Below, one piece after another: positions 37,512 through 47,400 of a stretch of 64,000 bases of DNA (position 1 is the first letter of the stretch; every line of letters begins with the position of its first letter). The stretch spans positions 57-64,056 of the forward strand of contig JAQUJC010000007.1 in the NCBI GenBank assembly GCA_028681135.1, given 5' to 3'. A program made the position numbers and the translations under genes. This stretch comes from Kiritimatiellia bacterium. Lineage in GTDB: Bacteria > Verrucomicrobiota > Kiritimatiellia > CAIQIC01 > Lenti-01. The notes beneath the pieces were generated by a model. It was not told the origin of the DNA, did not search any database, and saw nothing but the letters and a program-made list of their open reading frames with translations.

Positions 37512-38179
37512 GCCGTCAAACTGTTGAGCGCATACATTCGATATCTGACCCAAGCCAAGCGGGATTCCACGTCTTGACCATTCCCCACTCCCTACTCGAC
37601 CACTCCCCGGCTTTAGGTCTCTTCCTTCATGCCTCGGCCGTGGCAGTGAATGGCGGGGCCATCCTCTTTCTCGGCCATTCCACGGCGGGCAAAAGCACGA
37701 TCGCGCGGCTGACGGGAACGGCGCATCCGGTGCTGGCCGATGATTCGGTGTTTGTCTCCCCGGGGGGAGACGGGGCCTGGCGGGTTGTCGATGGCAGTTT
37801 TCGCTTCGGGCGGGACGAGGTGCCAGACTTTCAAAACAAAATCCGTCGCCGTGCCGCAGGGGAGGGGGCCGTGCCGTTGCGAGGCTGCTTTCGAATCCAC
37901 AAGGCCGCAGCGACGCGAATCGAACCGCTGGCTCCGATTGATTTGGCACGATATTTAATGGATGCCGTCATGGAAGTCGACCTCCAGCGCAAAGGGCTCG
38001 GAGTCCGGGACTCAACTCAGTCGTTGCGGGAGCTTCATCGGGGAATCCTAGAATCACGAAAGGCCTGGTTTAGTCAGGTCGCTGCCATCGCAAGGTCTGT
38101 TCGCGGATGGCATTTATGGTTTCCTCTGGATTTGGGTATTCAGCAATGGAATCGCCTACTCGTTGAGACCTTGTCCTGA
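37508..38179 (+). CDS. HprK-related (HPr kinase C-terminal-domain-like) P-loop kinase
   Basis: 'LFLHASAVAVNGGAILFLGHSTAGKSTIARL' matches the HprK C-domain P-loop context (GxSGxGKS-type). 223 aa. Starts with GTG overlapping the upstream stop. The assignment is from the motif only. Confidence 0.5.
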   Translation: MSRQTVERIHSISDPSQAGFHVLTIPHSLLDHSPALGLFLHASAVAVNGGAILFLGHSTAGKSTIARLTGTAHPVLADDSVFVSPGGDGAWRVVDGSFRFGRDEVPDFQNKIRRRAAGEGAVPLRGCFRIHKAAATRIEPLAPIDLARYLMDAVMEVDLQRKGLGVRDSTQSLRELHRGILESRKAWFSQVAAIARSVRGWHLWFPLDLGIQQWNRLLVETLS

Positions 38180-38215
38180 CGGGGCCTTTCGCACAGGCCC
38201 CCCCCCCCATTCTTT

Positions 38216-38278
38216 GGGGTCAGCCCTTAAAATATGAATCTTGAGATTCATATTTTAAGGGCTGACCCCATTTTTCTT
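38216..38278 (+). terminator. Perfect 25-bp inverted repeat (GGGGTCAGCCCTTAAAATATGAATC-ttga-GATTCATATTTTAAGGGCTGACCCC) + T-tract: intrinsic terminator; member of a palindromic element family
   Basis: Seen directly. It is followed by 'atttttctt' and preceded by a C11 tract (38198-38208). It shares the GGGGTCAGCCCTT core and the internal gaatcttga with the palindrome at 53896. Confidence 0.85.
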
Positions 38279-38413
38279 AACACATAACTCATATGAAATT
38301 AACTGTAATATTACCGTATAAGGGTTGCGCCCAAAATGAAATATATTTGATAATGAGCTGTATCAATAGGAGGTCGCGGGAGAGTTCTCAAGCGGCTCAC
38401 AAAGTTTTGTGTC

Positions 38414-41400
38414 ATGAAACATTTACGCTCAAGCCAGTATCGGAATGGCTGTCGGTCGGTGCCAACAGCCTGTGGCCGCGTGCTGAGTCGCGTGCGTCGG
38501 CAGCGCGATGCGGGCGTCGGTCTTGTCGTGTTGGTTCTCTGCGGGCTGGGGGCAGTGGGCGCACAGGCGCAGGTGCAGTCGATCGCGGGAATCACCGTCA
38601 CATATCAGACCGTCGCCAATACTAACCAGAATTATTCAACGCAGGGCGGCGGCAGTTCTAGTTTCCCAGCCGACACAACGTATAACATCCGTTTCAATGA
38701 GGGGTCGTCGAACCATATGTACCTCGCGGAGGTCATGGTTGGCGGGCGCACGTTCGACAGTATCGCGCTGGCGGGACAGATCAACATTGCCCGGTCATCA
38801 AGGGCGGCAATCACGGGGGCGCACCATATCGTGCTCTACGAACAGGCGTCTGTTTCCGGTACAAACCTCTTGTTGAAATCCAGCTATGCGGCGACGATGG
38901 AAGAGTCGTTGCGCAGTGCGATGATCAACCACGGGGCTGACAACGTATTTTCGGATCAGGGCGATGGCAACGGGAACAACAACAACATTCAGCGCATCGA
39001 CTATCTGTTCCCTGACGGCCTGCCGGTGCACAGCCACATTGAGCAGCGCGGGTTCCTAGTGATGGATCGTGGGGGAAACGACCGGTTCAAGATTGCGGCG
39101 GTCACGGCGCTGGACGCCAATGGAAAGCCCGCGGGTTTCGGGCCGGTGGTCAGTGTGCTGGAGACGCAGTGGGGGACCTCCGGCATCACCCTGGACACGA
39201 TCGTGATGCGGGGCTATACCGAGGACGGCGACGTTCAGCATCCGTCGGCCAGCCTGGGGTCTCAGCCGCTCTCAGGCGTTTTTCTGAGTTGGCAGGCATT
39301 GGGGTTGAAGACCAACGATTTGATTTATGGCTATGCGCTGGCGGCCAACGACGCAACCACGAATGGGGCGTATTGGACGCAAACCGATAATCCGGCCTAT
39401 TTCCCTATCAACACGTCGCCGTCTTCGACGTATGGCGGCCTGGACCTGATCAGCGGGGGGTTGATGTTCTATGACGAGGAGCTGAACGTGACGCTAGGCG
39501 ACCGGGCCTGGGAGGACCTTAACGCCAATGGCCTTCAGGACGCAGGGGAGCCGGGGCTTTCCAATGTGCTGGTGCACGTCTATGACAGCGTCAGCAATCT
39601 GGCGGCCGTGGTCCGCACTGATACCAATGGCGTGTGGAGGTCGCCGGGACACGGCCCGGGCGCCTATTTCGCGACCTATGTCTGTCCAGAGGGGTATCAA
39701 TTCACAACGCGTTATGCCGGGACCAACTCGGCGATCGACAGCAATGCTGACCCGCTCACGGGTCAAACGGCGGTATACCCGATGAGCAACGGGCAGACCA
39801 ACCTGACACTGGACGCAGGGTTTTACCGTCTGGCCTCGCTGGGCGATCTCACGTGGGAAGACAGCAATGTCGATGGGCAGCAGGACATCGGCGAGCCGGG
39901 CCTTGGGGGTGTAGTGGTGCGGTTGTACGACGCGATGTCCAACGTGATTGCCACGAGCACCTCGTCGATGGTGGGGGCTTATGCTTTCAATGATGTGCGG
40001 CCGGGGACGTATTCCGTGGGCTTCACGGCCCCCGCGGGGTATCAGTTCACGGCGGCGGATATCGGCAACGACGCCACGGACAGCGATGCGGATCTGGCCA
40101 CCGGCGAGACGGTGCCCATCACGCTGACGAGCGGACAGACGAACCTCTCCGTGGATGCGGGGTTCTACCAGCCGGTATCCCTGGGGGATTTCACGTGGGT
40201 GGACACGAATGGAAACGGACAGCAGGATGCCGGGGAGCCGGGACTGGCGGGTGTGGTGGTGCGGCTGTATGACGCGGCCTCGAACGTGACCGCCACGACG
40301 ACCTCGTCGGTGGCGGGGGCCTACGCTTTTACGGATCTGTTGCCGGGTTCGTATTCCGTGGGTTTTACGGCTCCTGCGGGCTATCAACTTACCACGGCGA
40401 ATGCGGGTAATGATGCCACAGACAGCGATGCCCATCCGGCCACTGGCCGGACCGGAACCTATGCGCTGCTGAGCGGCCAGGCCAACACCACCGTGGACGC
40501 GGGGTTCTGCCGTCCGGCGAGCCTGGGGGATTTCACCTGGCTCGATAACAACTTCAACGGACAGCAGGATGCCGGTGAGCCGGGCCTACCCGGTATGGTC
40601 GTTCGGTTGTACAATGCGGCGTCCAATGTGATGGGCACGACGACGTCGTCGGTGGCGGGGGCCTATGCCTTCTCGAATTTGTTGCCGGGAACATATTTTG
40701 TCGGGTTCACGGTTCCAGTGGGCTATCAACTCACCACGGCGAATGCGGGCAACGACGCTACAGACAGCGATGCTAACCCGGCCACTGGGTGGACCGGGAC
40801 TTATGTGCTCACGAATGGCCAGGCGAACACCACCGTGGATGCGGGGTTCTACAGTTCAGGCAGCACCGGCTTGAGACTCTACAAATCGAGCAGCGTGACC
40901 GGCAACTGGAATCTGGACGACACCAATGCCTATTACATCACGATTCAAAACACCGGGACGGTAGCCCTGACGGGTATCGATCTGAGCGATCTGCTGCCGG
41001 GCGGCGTGAGCTTTGTGGAGGGCAGTGCCCAGATCGTCCAACTGCTGTCGCAGACCACCATGCCGTTCACGGAAACGGTTTCGGACAATTTCGGGACGGT
41101 TTCGTACGGCAACAATGACGGGATTGTCAACTGGTTGGGGAATTGGATCGAAACAGGCGATGATGGGTCCGCCGCGAGCGGCAACGTGCTGGTGCAGTCC
41201 GGGGCGTTGGTGTTCCAGGATCGCAATGCGCGCAACGATACTGTCACCCGCACCCACCGCCGCTCGACAGCTACAAACCGGGTGTATACGAACTCCGTGC
41301 TGAGTTTTTCCTATCGGCGCATCAACTGGGACTGGAATGACAGCATGGAGATATCTGTTTCCACCAACGGGTTTGCTGGCCAGTCCGATTTGGTCTACAC

Positions 41401-44400
41401 GGTTCCGGGCGAGTCAACAACCGATCCCAGTTTCATCCCGATCACCACCAACATCACCGCGTTCATGGGAGCCGACCTGGCGGTGAGAATTGAGGCGGGA
41501 CGGCGATTCAGCAATAACGACCAATGTCATTTCGATTTCATCACGATCACTCAGTCAGGCTACGACACTCAGAATCAGCCGCAACTGGTTTATACCAACG
41601 GAATGACGGTGAACGTGATATCGAACCTGCCTGCGGCGACGCCGACGAACGTGTTGGAAAACTATACGTTGCCGGCGGGTACCAGCGTGACCATCCGTAT
41701 CCAGACCACACTGGATGTGCCATTGGTTTCTACGCAATTCATCAACGTTGCAACCGCGCAGGCACCTACCACACCACCGGCGGTGGCCGCCGTCACGAAT
41801 TATGCCGTGTCGCATTCGGTGGGCGACTGGGTGTGGTTCGATACGGATGGAAACGGGATTCAAGACAGCGGTGAGACCGGCCTGGCGGACGTGTCGGTGC
41901 GCCTCTACAGTGCGGCGTCCAACCTGGTGGCGGAGACGGTCAGCGGCCCCAACGGGGCCTATGGCTTCTCTGGCCTGCCGACCGGGGCATATTTTCTGGA
42001 GTTTGTCACGCCATCCAACTATCTGGCGACCGCGCAGAATCAGGGCAGCAGCGAGGCGCTGGACAGCGATATGGACCCGGCGACTGGTCGTACGGCCGTC
42101 TTTACGCTGAGTGGCGGAACGAACGACACGAGCCGGGATGCCGGCTTCTATCAGCCCAGTTCGAGTCTCGGCGATTTCGTGTGGCGCGATGTGAACGTGG
42201 ATGGCATCCAAAGTGGGGGGAGCGAAACGGGGATGCCGGGCGTGGTGGTGCGGCTGTACGACACCACTTCGAATGTGGTGGCGACCACGGCAACCTCCGC
42301 CGCCGGAATTTATAGTTTCACAAATTTGGCGCCGGGAACCTACTTCCTGGAATTTGTGGCACCGTCTGGCTTCACCTTCACGTTGCGCAATCGGGGGGGC
42401 AATGACGAACTCGATAGCGACGTGGATATCGCCACCGGGCGCACGGCGCTGTTTTATCTGCCGCCGGGCACACATGATCTGAGCTGGGATGCCGGCCTGA
42501 CGGAAGTCATCAGCGGACTGTCCATTGTCAAAGTCTCGGATGCCTCGAGCTGCCTGACGCCCGGCGACACGATCACCTATACCGTGACCGTTGTGAACAC
42601 CGGCAACGTGGCGCAAGCGGGCGTGGCGATCAGCGATGTGCTGCCGCCGGGACTGACCTATGTGACGAACTCGGCGCAGGTGATCAGTACCAATACGGTT
42701 GTAAATACGGTGTTAGATGAATTCAACGACGTGGCCTATGACAATCAAGATGGCACCCGGAACTGGTCCGTGGATTGGCAGGAGAGCGATCCCTATGGCA
42801 CCGTCGGCCCAGTCGGCGACTATGTCGGCATCGTCGGCGAGCGCCTACAGTTCTATTGGGCCTATGTTGGAAGCGAGGCGGCGTGGCGCTGGGCGGACCT
42901 GAGCGCTGAGACCAATGCCACGTTGTCTTTCGACTGGGAGACGGTCGGGCTGGATGCCAACGAGTATTTGAGCGTCCAAATTGCCACGAATTCCAGCGGC
43001 CCATTTGTGCAACTGGTCCAACTGGGCGGCACGGCCAGCGGCAGCACTAATTTTAACATCACGGCCTACATCTCCACCACCACCACGATTCGGGTCGAGC
43101 CCACGCCGGGCAGTTCCGATTGGGAGCGGAACGAGTATGGTTATCTGGACAACATCGAGTTTTCGAGCATCTGCTCGACCATCACAACCAACCCGGCCGC
43201 AGCCCCCCCGCTGATGGTGTTCGACCAGACGCTGGCCCCCGAGGGCTCGTTGACGGTGAGCTTCCAGGCGACGGTGGATGTGCCCTCCACAGTGACGCAA
43301 TTGGTCAACACCGCCACGATCTATAGTGCGGTGCAGCCGCCGCTGGAGGCCGTCATCACCAATTGCGTGGAGGTGGCCGATGTGGGCGTCCACAAGGTCG
43401 TCAGCGACAGCACCCCGGACATGCTGTCCGACATTGCGTATACCCTGGTGGCGTCGAACAACGGACCGGCCACGGCGACGGGGGTGGTCATCACCGATGT
43501 GCTACCGCCGCAGATGCAATACAGCAGCCACTCCAACGGCGCCTACAGCGCGGCCACAGGGGAGTGGACCATCGGCACGCTGGCCGTGGGCGCTTCCACG
43601 ACGCTGGTGGTGAGCGCGACCGTCAACGAGGGCACCGCGGGGCACAGCATCACCAATGTCGCCAGCGTGACCGGCCGCGATCTCTTCGATCCGGTTCCTG
43701 CCAACGACGTCAGTGCGGTTGTGATCCTTCCCAATCCCGGGATCACTATCGGCAGTCGAATCTGGTTCGACGCCAATGGGGATGGCATTCAGGATGCCAA
43801 CGAAACCAACGGCGTGGCCAATATCCCCGTCGCTCTGGTGGATACGAACGGTAATATGCGGGCCACAACCCACACGGATGCTCAGGGCACCTATCTGTTC
43901 GAAGGCATGTTGCCCGGGACGTATACGGTACAGTTTGATCTGTCCGCGCTCACCACCAACGAAATACTCAGTCCATCCAAGCAAGGCGATGATCCGACGC
44001 GGGATAGCGATGCGTTGGCGGGCAACACGTGCGATCTCGCCTGGACCGAGCCACTACTCTTCAACGTGGACAGAGCAGGGGACCATCTGCATGTCGATTT
44101 GGGCATTGCCACGCGCGGCACGACGCGCGCGGAAGTGGTGGAAGTGTGGGGCGAGTGGAGCGGGGACGAAGGTCGGGTGGTGTGGCGGACGGATTCCGAA
44201 TTCGGCACCGCGGGATTCTTTGTCTATCGGGTCGATCCGCAGACGGGCGCTGAGACGCGCTTGAGTCCGCTCCTGTTGCCGTCGGCCTTCCGGGAGTCCG
44301 GTGCCACCTATTGGCAGGCGGACCCGGCGGCGCGCCGGGGTGAAGCCGGAACCTATCGGCTGGAGGAAAAGGAACTCTCGGGAGACTTCCGCGACCTGGG

Positions 44401-47400
44401 GGTGCATGATGTCCGCTTCGCCGTTGCGAAGAAGGCGACACCGCGATCGCCGATGCGTCTGCCGACGGCCCCAGCGCGAACACGGCAGCCGCGGGCGGTG
44501 CCGCGCGGGGGCGCAACCACGACATCAGCCGTGCAGAAAGTGTTGGTTTGTGAGGAGGGAGTCTATGGCGTGAGTTTGCAATCCCTCGCGGAGGGGATGG
44601 GGCTTCCGCTGGAAGCCGTGCAAGCCCTGGCGGCCACCAACGGCCTTGTGATTAAAACACAAGGGGCGCCCGTACCCGCGATTTATGATGCCGCGCGTGA
44701 GCAAATAGTGTTCTACGGCGAAGCGCCGCCACCCAACTGGTACGTGCATGACGCGGCCTATTTGATTTCGGCGGGCGAGGGCCGGGCCATGGCGCGGCGC
44801 GAGCCGGGGGCAACCGGCGGCACCCCCCTCTTGCCGGTGCGGCTCCACTTCGAAGAGGACGTGTTCCTTTTCAACATGAACCAGATGCCGGACGATTTCT
44901 ATTTCTGGATTCCGGTGATGAGTGGCTTTGGACCACTTTCCATCAATCCCATCCCGCTGGATTTAAGCGGCTATGCGGGCGGTGATGTGACCTTGAAGGT
45001 GCGGCTGATGGGCTGGTCGAGTTCGCCGAATAATCCAGACCATTTGGCGGTGTTTGGTTTCAATGGGACCGAGGTGGGGTCGATCACCTTCGATGGCCAG
45101 GAGGCCGTGGAAGTGGACCTGACGATTCCGGCGTCTGCCGTCATCAGTGGCGAGAATACCCTGACCGTGGAAGGTGTGTTGCAGCCCGGATATACCGAGA
45201 GCTTTTTTGTCGTGGATTGGGTCGAGGCGGCATTTAATCGCCAGGTGGCGCCTCGGGCCGAGGCCGCCTTCTTCCGCGCGGGCGGCGTGAGCGCGGTTTC
45301 CGCCGCGGCGTTTACAAACCCGTTGGTGCTATCGCTGGATGATAACGGATGGGCCACCTGGATTGCGGATGAGAACGGGACATTGGACACTAAGGCATGG
45401 GCCGCACAAGCGGATGACGAGCGTTTTGCCGTGATCGAAGCGGATGCCGTGCCGCTGTTGGCGCCGGAGCCGGCGGCGGCCGATGCCTGGTTTTTGGCTC
45501 CGACGAACCGGATCGACTATCTGGTGATCGCGTCCCGGGCGCTGGCCCCAGCGGCACAGGAGTTAGCGGAGTACCGCGCTGGCCAGGAGTTGCGCACCGG
45601 TGTGGCCGTGTTCGAGGAGGTCTGCGATCTGATGACCGGCGGCGAGCGCACCCCGGAAGCCATTCCGGAATTGTTGGCCTATGCACAGGCGACGTGGGCG
45701 CGTCCCCCGCACATGGTGGTCCTGGTGGGTAATGGACACTATGATTATCGTGGCATTAACTATGCGGAAGTGAACCATCTGCCGCCGATGATGATTCAGA
45801 CCCATGCCGGGGTTTGCGCGGTGGATGGACTGCTGGCGGATGCCGGCGGCGATGAGTTGCCCGATGTGGCCATCGGCCGTCTGCCCGCGCGCAACGCCAG
45901 CGACTTGTCCGCCATGATCGCCAAAATCAAGGCCTACGAGACCGGGTTTGGTGCCGCGTGGCAGAACGAGTTGGTGCTGGTGGCGGATACGGCGGATGCC
46001 GCGGGTCAATTCCCGGATGCCAATACCCAGATCGAGCAGTTGGTGGCCGCTCCGTACCGCGTGGCCGAGCGGATCGAACTGGATGAGACCGATGTTGAAA
46101 CGGCCCGCGTACAGTTGCTGAATCAGTTCCAGTCCGGCGCGGGCTTTATCCACTATACGGGCCATGGCGGATTGCACAATTACAGCAGCCAGAATTTGCT
46201 CAAGGGGTCGGACGTGGCCGCGATGACCAATGCCTTGCGTTCGCCCGTAACGGTGGCGCTGAGCTGCGTGGTGGGGCGTTTTGAAGTCCCTGGGGCCACC
46301 AGTTTGGGCGAGGTCCTGATGCAACACGCTTCAGGCGGCGCGGTGGCAGTACTGGGACCCTCGGGGTTGTCACAACATACGCCGGCGACAGAATTGGGGG
46401 AGGCGTTTTATCAGGCCATCCTCCAAGAGGGCGAAGGTCGACTCGGATTGGCGTTCCTTCAGGCGCGCCGGTCGTTGTCGGAAACGGTATTCTGCCGGGA
46501 CACGTTGTCTTTGTATAATTTGCTTGGCGACCCGGCCTTGCGAATCGCGGGCAACCCCATTGCTGACATGCCGTTGGACCTGGCCCGGGTCCGGTTGCAG
46601 GATGTGGACCAAGTCTATGACGGTACCCCCCGCTGTGTCACGGCGCAGACGGACCCGGCCGGTCTCGCAGTCGAGTTCACGTATGATGGAGCGCCTACGC
46701 CGCCGACCGCGGTCGGGCGCTATGCCGTGGTTGCCACAGTGGTGGATGCCACCTACGAAGGCAGTGCCAGCGGCACGCTGACGGTAGAAAAGGGAACCGC
46801 AGACCTGACGTTAGACGACTTGACGCAAACCTATGACGGCACGCCGCGCGTGGTGTCGGCCACGACGATTCCGGCCGGGCTCGCACTCGAGGTGACCTAT
46901 GATGGACAGGCCATGCCGCCGACGGTGGCGGGGAACTATGCCGTGGTTGCCGCGGTGGCAGATGCCAATTACGAAGGCCGTGCCTCGGGCCTGTTGACCG
47001 TGGAGAAGGCAGCGGCGACTATCGTGCTCGGGGAGATGACACAGACCTATGATGGCACACCGCGCATGGTGTCGGCCTCGACAATGCCAGCGGGCTTGCC
47101 GGTGGCCTTGTCCTATAACGGCGAGCCGGTTGCCCCGACCGCCGCCGGCATCTATGTGGTGGAGGCTGTCGTGAACACCGCCAATAGGGAAGGCGGGCAG
47201 ACCGGATTGCTGACCGTGGCCAAAGCGCCGGTCGCGGTGGCGCTGGCAAATCTGGAGCAGGCCTATGACGGCGAAACCAAACAGGTCACCGCTCTGGCAA
47301 ACGCGCCTGACGTGGCGATTGCCGTCACCTACAACGGCGGCGAGTTGTTGCCCTCGCGGATTGGCTCGTATGAGGTCGTGGCCCACGTGGACGACCCGAA

